DNA of 64,000 bases from Rebecca billardiae RCC1528 (taxonomy: Eukaryota; Protista; Haptophyta): the NCBI GenBank assembly GCA_965240325.2, contig OZ251233.1, positions 682,001-746,000 on the forward strand. Reading direction: 5' to 3'. A model generated the notes under the pieces. The model saw only the letters and a list, made by a program, of their open reading frames with translations, searched no databases and was not told where the DNA came from. Positions 24,742 to 36,118 of this stretch are shown piece by piece (the stretch's first letter is position 1; the number at the start of each line of letters is the position of its first letter). The position numbers and the translations under genes are program-made.

Positions 24742-25572
24742 ATGACGGTGCCCTCGGCGCGCGCGCTCTCAGCGCTCGTTTTCGCGCTTCTGTGCGCGGA
24801 TGCGTCGTGGGCGATCGTGCTCGGTCGAGGTGGCGTGGGGCGGTTGACGCCGATCCAGCAGCTTGCCGCTCCCGCGCCCGCATTTGGCAGGCTGCTGAGC
24901 GCATGCGGCGCCGGGCTGGCGCTTGTTGCGTGTGGTGCGCAGTACGCACATGCAGGCGAGTGCACCGACGAGTCCAACCCGAGCTATACGGTGCGCAAGT
25001 GCGTGAACGTGGGTGTGCAGCCGGATGGCCGGCTGCCCAAGTGCGAGGCGAATTCGAACTGCATCTCCACCAGCAATGTCGCCTCGCCGCAACACTTCAT
25101 GCCGCCGCTCTCGTTCAGGTCGCCAGCCAACGGCGACCTCACTAGCGGTGCGTCGGATCGCGAGGTGCGCACCGCGTGGAACCTGCTCAAGGACACGGTG
25201 CGCAACACCCCGGGTCTGACGGTCCTGAACGTCGACGACGACGCCCTCTACCTCCGCGCCGAGGCGGCGGCGAGCGTACCCCCCACCTCGATGGATGACG
25301 TGGAGTTCTTGCTCCGGCCGGCGGACGGCGCCGTTTTCTTCCACAGCGAGACGCGGGACACGGTCTTTGTGTACCCGGTGCAGCGCCCCGTAGGGTGCGG
25401 CGACTGCCACCGTAAGCGGCTCGACGCGCTGTTCGCCCGGCTCGGCTGGAGCGACCTCTCCTCGCAGTTCGAGACGTTCGACGAGGAGGCGGCGCTGCTG
25501 GAGGAGGAGATCGCTGCGACCGGCCGCAGCGACGCGGGCTTCACGTTCGGCCGATTCGTGCCGCTCAAGTGA
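24742..25572 (+). CDS. DUF1499 family protein, probably plastid/thylakoid-targeted
   Basis: Signal peptide, then a second hydrophobic stretch ending AHA. Motifs GRLPKCEANSNCISTS, YLRAE, DDVEFLL and HRKRLDAL. Confidence 0.75.
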   Translation: MTVPSARALSALVFALLCADASWAIVLGRGGVGRLTPIQQLAAPAPAFGRLLSACGAGLALVACGAQYAHAGECTDESNPSYTVRKCVNVGVQPDGRLPKCEANSNCISTSNVASPQHFMPPLSFRSPANGDLTSGASDREVRTAWNLLKDTVRNTPGLTVLNVDDDALYLRAEAAASVPPTSMDDVEFLLRPADGAVFFHSETRDTVFVYPVQRPVGCGDCHRKRLDALFARLGWSDLSSQFETFDEEAALLEEEIAATGRSDAGFTFGRFVPLK

Positions 25573-26037
25573 GCCGCGAGCAGACGATCGCGCGCGACGA
25601 GCTGCTGGAGGGTCGGGCCGATGCTTGGTACGGAGGCGCATCACGGCAGGCTCCTTGGCTATCGTCATGGCCGCGCCACGGCGCCCGCAACGGCTGCGGG
25701 CTTGGCCGGAGTTGGCGCTTGCTGCTGACCAGCGCTTGCAGTCGCAGAGTTGCAGAACCGCCCTAGCCATTTTTGCCATCATTGGTCATTCGAGATCATA
25801 CAACGTTGATAGTCAGCGCTCTCTGTCTCAGACGGTAGACTGCTGCTAGGCTCCCTGGTTGGTACCGGCCATCGCAAGATGCCACTCAGCGACAGCCGAC
25901 AGCAGCCCCTCGGCCTGGCGCTATCTAGTCGCTAGAAGAGCTGCAACATCATCAGCAGAATAAATGGCGGGTATTCTGATGAAAACGTCCAAACGCATGC
26001 GCAGTGCTTCCCTTGTCCGCGGCCGGTGGTGAGCACG

Positions 26038-27768
26038 ATGTCGTCGTCGACAGAGGATGGGATTCGCGAGCGCTTCAAGCAACTGCAGGACATACTCTCG
26101 CCGGCGACGCGCACGCGCGTGACGGAGCTGCGCGCGGGCCCTCCGCAGGTCGCCCGAGCGCGTGCCGAGGAGCTCGCGAACAAGATTGTGGCAGTTCCGA
26201 CCGAGGACGAGTTTGACTACTTTGAGTTGTTCCTCGAGCTGGGCGTGTTGTGCTGGCAGCTTCCAGAGGAGCGCAAGCGCAAGTGGGGCCTCTCGAGCGA
26301 GGGTTTCGCAAAGTTCTTGCACGGCACGCTGAACCACTTGCGCGCGTACCGGACTGACTTGCGGTCGGTGCTCGAGGAAGCGTCCGGCGCGGGCACGAGC
26401 CGCGCGCGTGTGGTCTACGGCACCGACGGGCAGCCCCTTGACCGCAAGACCATGGTGCGTACGGTGGGATTCCGGTGCAGCAGGCTCCTCGAGAACCTGC
26501 TCTCCGCCATGCACGCCGGGCACGACGAGGAGGCCGGCCTCTCGTATCTCGCCTCGCAGAAGGAGCTGGTGGAAGCGCTGACCGACTGTGTGGTCGACGC
26601 CCTCGACCGCAGGCCGCCGATGAAACGCTTGCGAGAGGCGGACTGGATGTTCGCGGCGGATGTGGACCGGGCGGCGGAGCTCAGCTTCACCGTCCTCAGC
26701 TGGGTGCCCTCCGCGAACGGCGAGCGCCAGCTCATGCTCGCCGCGTGTGGCACCACAAGCGCCACCATCATCGCCGCGCTCAGTGCCCCACACTGCGACG
26801 AGAGAGTCTGGGGCCCGGCGTGCATCGCGCTGGTGAACGGCTTCGGGCGCGGGCTCAGACTCAAGTGCGGCGGCGTCCTCGCGACCAACCTCGCCAAGCT
26901 CGGCCTGGGCAAGGCACTCGGGAGGCGCCTCCAGCTCGTCAGCGCGCGCAGCCCCGAGGAGGAGGATGTGCCCATCGTCCTGTGCAAGGCGATCACTACG
27001 ACGCTGCAGGCGGCCGAGGCGTGCCGCGGTCCGGACTCGACGGTCGAGGCCTCTGATCTGCACCTGCCGCCCGCTGACTTCGCGCCGCAGTCTTTTGCGC
27101 TCATTCGGCCGCTGCTCACCAGCCCCGCGCTGCAGGAGCACACCGTGCCGTTTCTGTGCGCGTGCCTGAGCTCCGCCGACAGGGCCGTGCTCCAGGCCGC
27201 CATCGAGACGATTAGCGTGCTGGTCGTGAAGAGCTCGGCGCTGTACTGCCACCTGCTCAGCGTGGCCGGGCCTCTCGATGGCGTGCTCCCGGGGCCCGCG
27301 GTCTCAGCAGCGCAGCCCGCAGACGTTGCGGCGGCGATCCTCTGCACGCGCGCCTCGGCGCGCGGGCCTTCCTTCGTGGCACTCGTGCAGGACGCTCTTG
27401 GCCGGCTGGGGCCGGGCGGCGCCGGGCGGCATGGCGATGTAATGAGCATGCGCATCGAATTGCTCCGTGGGCTGTATCCCGAAGTCGCGCAGGCGCTCGA
27501 GCAGGGCGCCGGCCACGCACAGGCTGCTGCACCGAGAGGTACGGCTCAAAGCTCGCACGCTCCGCAGATCACGACGTGCTCCGCGCCAGGATGCAACGGC
27601 AACGACATGGGAGCCAACCGGCTGATGCGGTGTCGGGGCTGCAGCGCGGTCTCCTATTGTGGCCGCGAGTGCCAAAAGCGACACTGGAAGGCGGGGCACA
27701 AGCAGGAGTGCCCGACGCTGGCTAATGAGAAGCGACGAGCGCGGACGAGCAGCGGCACTGGTGAATGA
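26038..27768 (+). CDS. Helical-repeat protein with C-terminal MYND zinc finger
   Basis: CSAPGC...LMRCRGCSAVSYCGRECQKRHWKAGHKQEC. Confidence 0.85.
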   Translation: MSSSTEDGIRERFKQLQDILSPATRTRVTELRAGPPQVARARAEELANKIVAVPTEDEFDYFELFLELGVLCWQLPEERKRKWGLSSEGFAKFLHGTLNHLRAYRTDLRSVLEEASGAGTSRARVVYGTDGQPLDRKTMVRTVGFRCSRLLENLLSAMHAGHDEEAGLSYLASQKELVEALTDCVVDALDRRPPMKRLREADWMFAADVDRAAELSFTVLSWVPSANGERQLMLAACGTTSATIIAALSAPHCDERVWGPACIALVNGFGRGLRLKCGGVLATNLAKLGLGKALGRRLQLVSARSPEEEDVPIVLCKAITTTLQAAEACRGPDSTVEASDLHLPPADFAPQSFALIRPLLTSPALQEHTVPFLCACLSSADRAVLQAAIETISVLVVKSSALYCHLLSVAGPLDGVLPGPAVSAAQPADVAAAILCTRASARGPSFVALVQDALGRLGPGGAGRHGDVMSMRIELLRGLYPEVAQALEQGAGHAQAAAPRGTAQSSHAPQITTCSAPGCNGNDMGANRLMRCRGCSAVSYCGRECQKRHWKAGHKQECPTLANEKRRARTSSGTGE

Positions 27769-28276
27769 CGCCGCAGCTCGTTTTTGCAGTAGTCGTAAGG
27801 TCTACTGCTCGCGTCAGTTCGCGGCGGTGGCTATATGCGGCGCATGCATGCGCATCTGTATATACGATCGACATCACTATATATACTTGCGCGAATTGGC
27901 GCGCGGCGCGCAACGCTTCGTCAAGTTCAGCTAGCTACGCCGGCGCCGCCCTACGTACGCGCCGCCCGGAATATATGCGACGCTGACGACACGGCACTAC
28001 GCTCAACGCTGCTAACTGCTAAGAGTAAGGCTAGCTAGTACACAGGCAATCGCGGGCAATAAGAAGTCATCAGAGATCTCACGGCTAGTCTCGGTTTCTT
28101 AGCCGTTCGGTAGCCCGAGCGCCTACGGATTCTCAGTTTCTTAGCTAGGTCCGCCCGCCGCGCAGGCGCGGGGGGGCGCAGGGGGGCAGAGCCCCCCGCT
28201 GAGTCTGAGTCAGGCCTGGCCGGCGAGGCCGAAGGCGAAGGAATTTTTGGGCCATTTTTTGGGATTTATTTTTGGG

Positions 28277-28377
<101 letters not shown>

Positions 28378-28471
28378 CAGCATATGCCGCAGCATCACTG
28401 ACTCCGGGTGTCACAAGCTGTCAGGATCGTGCGCAGGAGCGTGACACGTCGTCGATTATCAGCGCCGCCGA

Positions 28472-30906
28472 TCAGGCGGCACGCGCAGCCGCCTCTGCCC
28501 CGGCAGCCTCGAAGTCGGAGGCCGCATGCGCGTCATCCGTTCCCGCCTCTGCGAGTGGGACGAGCTTGGGCGCGTGCCCGCCAGCGCCGAGCGCAAGGCC
28601 TTGGCGATGGAAGCGGCGCAGGCTGGGCCGGTGCCCGACGCTGATGTACGTGACGCCCTCCGCCGCCTCGAGCAGCGCGTACATGCGCGCCTCGGTCGCG
28701 AGGTCGAGCGCGCTCGTCGACTCGTCGAGCAGCACGAGGGATGGGCGGTTGGTCAGCACGCGCGCGAAGCCGAGCCGCTGCTGCTCGCCCAGCGAGAGGA
28801 TGTCCGACCAGTCGCACACGTAGTCGAGCGGGTCGGCGAGCGCCTCGTGCGCGGCCCCCGCCCGCTCGAGCAGCGGCGAGAGCGCGACCTTCTCCAGCAC
28901 CTCGCGCAGCCGCTCCGAGCTCCACTCCTCCGCCGCCTCGGCCGCGGTCGTCGGGTAGAGCAGCTGCTCGCGCAGCGAGCCCACCGTGCAGTACGGCCGC
29001 TGCGGCAGGAAGAGCAGCCGGCCCGGCTCGGGGGCGACTGGCGCTCCGTCGCCCACGCCGGCGTCCGGCGTGTCCGTGTGCGCGTGCGCCGCGTGCTCGG
29101 CGGCGGGCGGCTCGTGCGACAGCAGGTCCGGCCGCCACGCCACCTCGCCCGCGCGCACGCTCCACAGCCCGGCGAGCACGCGCAGGAGAGACGACTTGCC
29201 GCAGCCCGAGCCGCCCGTGATGAGCACGTGCTCGCCCTCGCGCACGCACAGCGAGAGGCCGGCGGTGAGCATGCGCGCGGCCGCGTCGGGCGTGCTCACC
29301 GTCACATCAGCGAGCCGGAGCAGCTCGTGACCGCCCGCAGGCAGCAGCCCGGGCGGCGCGCGCGGCGGCGGCGCGGCTGGCGCGAGGTCCGCGCCGCTCG
29401 CCGGCTCGAAGGCCACGGCGTCCGTCGCGTTGGCGCCGGCCCCTTCCCACTCGAGCTCCTCCACCAGCTGCCCCAGCCGCTCGATGCCCGCGGAGAACGC
29501 GCTCAGGCTCTCGATCTCGTTCACTGCGAGATACACAGCGGGCGGGCGCGAGGGGGCGGCGTGCACGGCGCGTGCGCGTGCGCACGGCCACGGTTGGCGC
29601 GCGGGCACAGTGCCGCGCAGCACGGACGGTGCTGCGCGGCGATGGCTGGCCGCGTGGGCACACGCGGCGCCGGCCAGCGAGCGCGCGGGCGCCAGCGCGC
29701 CGCACCGATGATGGACAGGTCGCTGAGGATGTGGTTGAACGCGCCGACAGACTGCGAGATCACGCCGAGCTCAATCGAGCCCTTGAAGTAGAGCGGCGCG
29801 ACGACGAGGATGGGCAGGATCTGGATGAGGTAGCGGTACCCGACGGTGAAGAACTCGAGCCGACGCTGCGTGCCGAGCAGCGCGCGCGCGTTCGCCACCG
29901 CCGCGTCGAGCGCCTTCCGCGTGCCCAGCGCCTCCTGCCGCTCGCCCCTGAAGAAAGCGATCGACTCCGCGTTCTCACGCAGCCGCACGAGCAGGTACCG
30001 CAGGTCGGCCTCGCGCTGGAGCTGCGCGAAGTTGAGCCCGACGAGGGACTTGCCCAGCACCACGGTCACCACCGAGCCCACCGCCGCGTACGCCACGATC
30101 GCCGCGAAGAGCGGCGGGTAGATCCCGTACAGGATGATCGAGAAGTTGACGAGGTCGATGGCGGACGTGAGCAGCTCGATGAAGAAGTCGAGCGAGACGC
30201 GCGTGAAGAACTTGACGTCGTCGGTGAGCCGCTGGTCGGGGTTGTCCACGCCGCCGCGCAGGTCGAGCGCGTAGTAGTTCCGATCGGCGAGGTACACCTC
30301 GGACAGCCGCCCCGTGAGCCACTGCCGCCACGAGAGCGCGAGCTGCGCGCGCTGGAACTTGTACTGCACAGAGATCGGCGTGCCGATCGCGAGCGCGCCG
30401 GCGAAGCGGAGCATGAGCTGGTAGAAGTGCTCGGCGTCCTTCGCGGAGAGCGCCGTCCAGAAGTCACGCCCGACGAACGAGAAGACCACCGAGATCCCCG
30501 AGTTGAGCAGCGTGAGCGCGAGCACCGCCACGAGCTGCTTGCGCGCGTCAGGGTCCTCGCGGAAGTACGGCTTGGCCATGCGCGAGAAGAGGGCGAACTG
30601 CTGCTTGAGGACGTGGAACTGCACGCCGCGCGGTCCAACTGGCACCTCGTCGCCCTCCGCAGGCGACGGCGTCGCGTCGGCGGCCTCGTCCGCGCCGTCG
30701 AGCGCGCAGCGCGCGAGCCCGCCTCGCGCGCGCGAGCGCAGCGTGAGCCCAGGGCGCGGAGCGGCCCACGGGGCGCGCCGCACGGCACTGGCATGCAGTG
30801 GCCGGCGCGCCACGCTGGTGGCCGCGTTGACGCCGAGCACGGGCGCGCCGAGAAGCAGCGGGACGAGGAGAAGCCTCCCGGCGGTCGGCGCCGTCGATCG
30901 CCCCAT
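28472..30906 (-). CDS. ABC transporter subfamily D half-transporter with N-terminal presequence, 2 exons
   Basis: DNPDQRLTDD, READLRY.LVRLRENAESIAFFRGE (EAA region), GGSGCGKSS, LSLGEQQRL and LLDESTSALD. Intron 29705..29524 is in frame (II|VNEIES). Confidence 0.92.
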
Positions 30907-31004
30907 CCTTCTCGATTGGGACAGCACTGCCGCCCCTGTGCATTCAGGCCGCCGCTTCGCGCGCCTTCCCGAGACTCGAGTCCATCAGATCTAGAGCTTG
31001 CGAC

Positions 31005-32113
31005 CAAGGGAGTCAAGGGTGCCCGCGCCCCAGTGGCGCGCTCGGCGGATGTTGGCACACAGATTTTTGCCCGCGGCCTGCGGCGGGCGGCGGCGAGGGC
31101 GTGCTCCGGTGGCGGAGCGAGCGCACGGGGCACGGCGCTGCGGGCGCGGATGTGCCCGCGAAGCCGGCGCGTGCGGACGGGCAGTTGCGGGAGAGCATAT
31201 GGCGCCCTCCTGCGCCGCGCGACTTGCGCCACGCCTCTTTCGCCTCGGCTCAGAGCAGCGCGCACGCACGCGCCGCCTCAAGGCCAGCCTTGCCGCGCCG
31301 CAGCCGGCCGCGCGCGCGCCGTGCGCGGCGTGGTCGGGAAGGAGCGGGCGCTGCTGCCGGGCGAGATGGCGACATCATGCGCCCACGCCATGCCGCCCCG
31401 CCACGCCTTGACGAGTGCGTCGTCGGTCCGTTTGCATGCCTCTTTGACTTGTCACAAATGGTGTGCACGGCCTCGCGGTCGTGACCCTTGTCGGGACGAT
31501 CATTGAGACACAGAACAGTGCCAGACGGGCACGCGGGCTACTCTTACATGAATGTTCATCACCGCGTGGTCATGCAGAAGTGCTGGGTGCGACGCTTTCC
31601 TCGCGCTGATGCTCTTTCATCATCTTCTTCGAGCTCAGGTCTGGCTTCAGGCACGACAAGTAATCAGCACTCGTCAACAGCTGTGCGGATCCGTTCTCGT
31701 GCCCTTTCGCGGCGCCACGGGGCGGCATGGCGTGCGCACGCGATGTCGCCATCTCGCCCGGCAGCAGCGCCCGCTCCTTCCCGACCACGCCGCGCACGGC
31801 GCGCGCGCGGCCGGCTGCGGCGCGGCAAGGCTGGCCTTGAGGCGGCGCGTGCGTGCGCGCTGCCCTGAGCCGAGGCGAAAGAGGCGTTGCGCAAGACGCG
31901 CGGCGCAGGAGGGCGCCAGATACTCTCCCGCAACAGCCCGTCCGCACGCGCCGGCTTCGCGGGCACATCCGCGCCCGCAGCGCCGTGCCCCGTGCGCTCG
32001 CTCCGCCACCGGAGCACGCCCTCGCCGCCGCCCGCCGCAGGCGTCGGGCAAAAATCTGTGTGCCAACATCCGCCGAGCGCGCCACTGGGGCGCGGGCACC
32101 CTTGACTCCCTTG
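31005..32113. mobile_element. Foldback non-autonomous element FB1, P-superfamily-like
   Basis: Inverted arms about 31005-31400 and 31718-32113. Termini CAAGGGAGTCAAGGG...CCCTTGACTCCCTTG. Perfect 7-bp TSD TTGCGAC (30998-31004, 32114-32120). Confidence 0.9.
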
Positions 32114-32240
32114 TTGCGACGACGCTGCCGCCGCCGAGACGAGAAACGAGTTCACGTCCGGCTGCAGAGTGCAGACCTGCCTCTAGCCAGGTGGCAGGAC
32201 GCACCGCGAGCCGGTGGCCGACACCGACAAGTCCACGGGG

Positions 32241-32874
32241 ATGGCGGACAAGGACTGCCCCGACGCCGCGTGCGCGTCGCGCAAGGGCGCGTACGAGGCA
32301 ATGATGGCCGCCGCGGCGGCAGGTGGGGCGCAGAAGGGCGCGCCCCAGTGTCCTCCTGATCGCGAGGAGCTCGGCAGGCACAGCTGGACGCTTGTGTGCG
32401 CATGCGCGTCTACGCCCTCTGCCGCGCGCGAGCTCAACCCCGGCGCCGCCTGCCCTGCGCCTCTTCACGCCCGCGACTGACCGAGTGCGCGCGTCTTGGC
32501 CGCGATGCGCGTGCGCACAGCTGCACACGGTTGCCGCCTACTATCCAGACCGACCAACCAAAGCCGAGGAGAAGTTCGCCCTGGGCCTCGTCCGCGCGCT
32601 GCCGCACCTGTACCCGTGCAAGGAGTGCGCGCGCGACATGGGCAAGGCGCTCGCCGCGCACCCGCCGCGGGTCGGGTCGCGGCGAGAGTTCAGCCTATGG
32701 ATGTGCGAGTTCCACAACCGCGTGAATGCGCAGCTTGGGAAGCCGACCTTCAAATGCGACCTGAGGAAGCTCGACGAGGCATGGCGTGTGGGCACGCCTG
32801 AATGCCGCGCGGCGCTTGAGGCGCGCGGCGGCGTAGCGCCTTCCTCTGCGGAGTCGCTTGGCCACGAGGACTAG
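32241..32874 (+). CDS. ERV1: ERV1/ALR FAD-dependent sulfhydryl oxidase, 2 exons
   Basis: CPPDREELGRHSWTL|LHTVAAYYP, YPCKECA and WMCEFHNRVNAQLGKPTFKC. Intron 32394..32520. Confidence 0.92.
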
Positions 32875-33175
32875 TTGCAAGACTCTCGACGGCGACCCCT
32901 CGGGATCGAGTGGCATCACAGTGATGGTGCCGGCGGCGCGGATGATCGAGGACGAGGTCGAGTGAGGCACTACGGTCCGGCACAGCGAGTAAGCTACGGC
33001 GGCTCGGACTTAGTTAGCGCGCACGCCCGATGCTAGAATTTACAGCGAATCTACTCCGAATGGCCTTGCAGGGCCCTGGCAAGGCGCTGCGCGGCAGCGC
33101 GTTGGCGTCGCCAGCCAGGCCGGCCGCCCGCTGACTCAGACCGGGCGCGCGCTGCAGTAGTGAAATTAATTATAT

Positions 33176-34800
33176 AATGGCCCGCGGTGCAGGGCGGAAC
33201 GCGCAGCGTGGAGCCCGCTCCGTGGGCCCTAACCACGTTTCAAAAAGATCTTTGATCAAGAAAAAAGGGACGGGGGGCGATTTTTAGGGCTGGCGGTGAC
33301 CGAGTTTCGATTTTTGAGACCCTCTCTACACATGCATTACGGAGAAATAACCGCGTCCACGACATTCCCCTATTCAATCGATGGACGGGACGTGAGCGGC
33401 CGTGACTTTAACGTAACGGTTCGTTACGAGCGATTTAGTTTGATAGTGAGATTGCCGCGAACCGATGTGACAATGTACGTCCCTTGAATCAGTTGATCGA
33501 CTATTATTCAATCGCGCCCTATCTGTATCAGGAGCCGACAAGGCAAGGGTCAGTAGCAGAGGGCCCAAGCTCGGCGTATATCTCAATACTATCTGACGCG
33601 AACGGACTTGGTTGGGCGCGCGCGTGGCCCCGGGCGGCGGCCCACCAGAGGAGAGGCGGCCCGCGTTTGGTCTTTGGAGGCGAGCCACGGGCACGAGGCT
33701 CACGAGCGACCGACGGGTGAGGACGGCGATGGGCAGGTGCGCGCGGCGAATGGCGCCTGGAGCGCGCGGCTGCGGCGGGTCCCGACTGCCGTCGACATCG
33801 CGTTCGTCGTGCCCCCGCTCACTCCGCGCGCCCCCGCCGCCCCTGCCGCCCTGTCGATGCCTCGGCGCGGCCTTGCGCGGCCCCGGCGCGTCCGCGAGCC
33901 GGCGCCGCAGCCGCCGCCCTGTGTTCGGGCTCTCGCAAGCTCGGGGGCAGCGGCGCCTGATGCCGGACTGATCGATCTCTGAGCCTTCGACTTCACCACG
34001 CGCCGCCCTTGCCATGCCTTTCCGGGGTCTCCCAGAACTCTTCTTGATTGAGAGAGAGCAGGCGCGCCGACGATCCGAGTCCATCGTCGGTCGACTCTGA
34101 GCGAGGGCTACGCCTCGGAACTGAACGGTACTCTACGAGGAGGACGAGCTGCGCGGGCGACGGTGGTGCGTGACGTCCCCAGAGCTGGCCGTGCCTCTGC
34201 AACGCGTGCCGAGCCTGATCGAGGTGTGTCAGCTGCCCGTGCACGCGCGGCGAGTGCGCGAACCGGATCACCGGTGCCCTCGCACCTCGGCACCGTGCTC
34301 CCTCGGGCTGTCAGCTCCGCGTGGCCTGGCGTGCACGTAGAGTTGCGCTCATGCGTCGATCACGCCTCGCGCCCGCCTGTCGGCCGTCGCGCAGGCGCTG
34401 GTCGAACCCTACTCGGACCCTACTCCTCCAGCCCTACTCCCTGGCGCTGCCGGCGCGGGGGGTGACCCCGGGGACAGCGGTCAGCAGCAGCGGCCCGAAC
34501 GAATCCGCGGCCCCGCACCGTGCTCCCTGGCTGTCAGCTCCGCGTGGCCTGGTGTGCACGTGGAGTCGCGCTCATGCGTCGATCACGCCTCGTCGCATCC
34601 GCCTGTACACAATTGGCGCCGCGCCGGCGGCTGCAATGGGCCCGCCCGGCGCGGCGGGCGGCGGCGCGCCGCTGGAGTCTAGTTGTACGGGCATATGCAA
34701 CTGGTCTGTCAATAGACGACTGCGACGGAGGGTGCACCGCCACCGCGGGCCCTGAACTACGTTCGTTCTACGGAAAAAGGACCGCGGAACGCGGTCATAT
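33176..34800 (+). mobile_element. Non-autonomous Helentron/HINE-like element, copy 2
   Basis: Sub-TIRs at 33179-89 and 34741-51, hairpin at 34780-96, AT-rich flanks. Diverged homolog of 17560-19180. Confidence 0.72.
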
Positions 34801-34865
34801 ATTATATATATAATAATTATAACTAGTAGGGCCGTAGTTCTTCAGCACTCCCCGCCGCGCGAAAA

Positions 34866-35583
34866 ATGAGGCTGGTGGACGACATGACCGGATTGACCGG
34901 TGGCCCGCGGCCGCTCGCCAGGCCGCGTGAAGTGACCGCGCACGTCCAGGCGTACCTCGCCCTCGTGCAGGCGGCGCTCGGGCGCCCTCTCTGCGCTCGG
35001 CCTGCCCTCCGCCTGGGCCGCGGCGCAGGACGTGCAAGTCGTGCGCGCGCTGCTGCTCGTGTGGGGTGCGGCGTGGCTGCTGCACGGCGCGGGCGCGTCA
35101 GTGGCGCTGCTGCTGCTCAAGGAGCGCACGACAGGCGTGGGGCGAGGCGGCTGCACGCAGGCGCGGCGCTCGGGCCCGGCGCGCTGCGCACGCTCAACCT
35201 CGCCGGCGCGCGCGAGCTCGTGCGCCTGGCCGACGCCGACGGCGCCACTAGGGCCCTCGTCTGGACCGCGGCGGACGGCGACGGGATCAGGTTGGAGGGC
35301 CCAGCAGCTCGAGGCGGCGGACGCGGTCCTGCTCGCCTTCGACGTGCGCCGTGCGCCGCTGCGCAAGCTCCGGCTCTACGACAACCGCATCGGCAGCGCG
35401 GGCCTGACGGCGCTCGCCGAGGCGCTGCGCCCGCCCGGCTGCGCACTCGCTCTGCTCGCCGTCGGCGCCAACAAGATCGGCGACCGGGGGCATGGCCAGC
35501 CTCGCGGACGCCCTGCGTGTGAACTCCTCTCTGACGCGCCTCGGCCTCGGTGGCAACGCGGTCGGCGACGTTGGCGTGATTGA
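34866..35583 (+). pseudogene. Frameshifted RNI-like leucine-rich-repeat gene fragment
   Basis: LRTLNLAG, LRKLRLYDNRIGSAGLTALAEAL..LAVGANKIGDRG and LADALRVNSSLTRLGLGGNAVGDVG are split across reading frames. Confidence 0.65.
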
Positions 35584-35660
35584 TGAGCCTCGCCGGCGCG
35601 CGTGACAACGCGCTCAGCCCACAGGCGGACAGCCGTCGCGCGACGGCGCCATCGGGCTCA

Positions 35661-35742
35661 CAGTTTACTAAGAATAAGAGACGCACACAGCTCAGACGCC
35701 ATCCAACACTGCACAAAGACACCGCCACAAAACAGACCGGCC
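35661..35742 (+). repeat. CAGTTTA-family fragment (internally deleted left end)
   Basis: The first 34 nt match 15855. The remainder, GACGCCATCCAACACTGCACAAAGACACCGCCACAAA, matches 49748-49793. Confidence 0.75.
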
Positions 35743-35907
35743 ACCTCATCGAGGCGGCCATAATTGCAGCAAGCGGCCGCCCCGCGCTCAGTACTTCCGG
35801 ACTGACAGTCGACAGTCGTCACTCACAGACGATAACAGTGGGCACGTCGGATACTGCCTATGGAACTACGGCTACTTATAACAACAATCGGCCCTGTGTC
35901 TCGATTC

Positions 35908-35979
35908 GGCTCGGTGGCGCAACGGTAGCGCGTGTGACTCCAGATCACAAGGTTGCAGGTTCAATTCCTGCCCGGGTCA
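35908..35979 (+). tRNA. trnW: tRNA-Trp (CCA)
   Basis: 72-nt cloverleaf: acceptor GGCTCGG/CCGGGTC, D stem GCGC/GCGC, anticodon stem TGTGA/TCACA with loop CTCCAGA, T arm GCAGG-TTCAATT-CCTGC. Confidence 0.96.
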
Positions 35980-36118
35980 CTCGACTCTTTTGCGCCTTCT
36001 TTCAATATTTTGTTGCCGTCAGCCTTTCGTTCTCAGTTCTCATTGTCGGAGAACTGCGTTCTTGCGGGCTTGATGCGCTCATTTTTGTTTTTTCTCTCCA
36101 GCAGACGCTTTGCTGACG

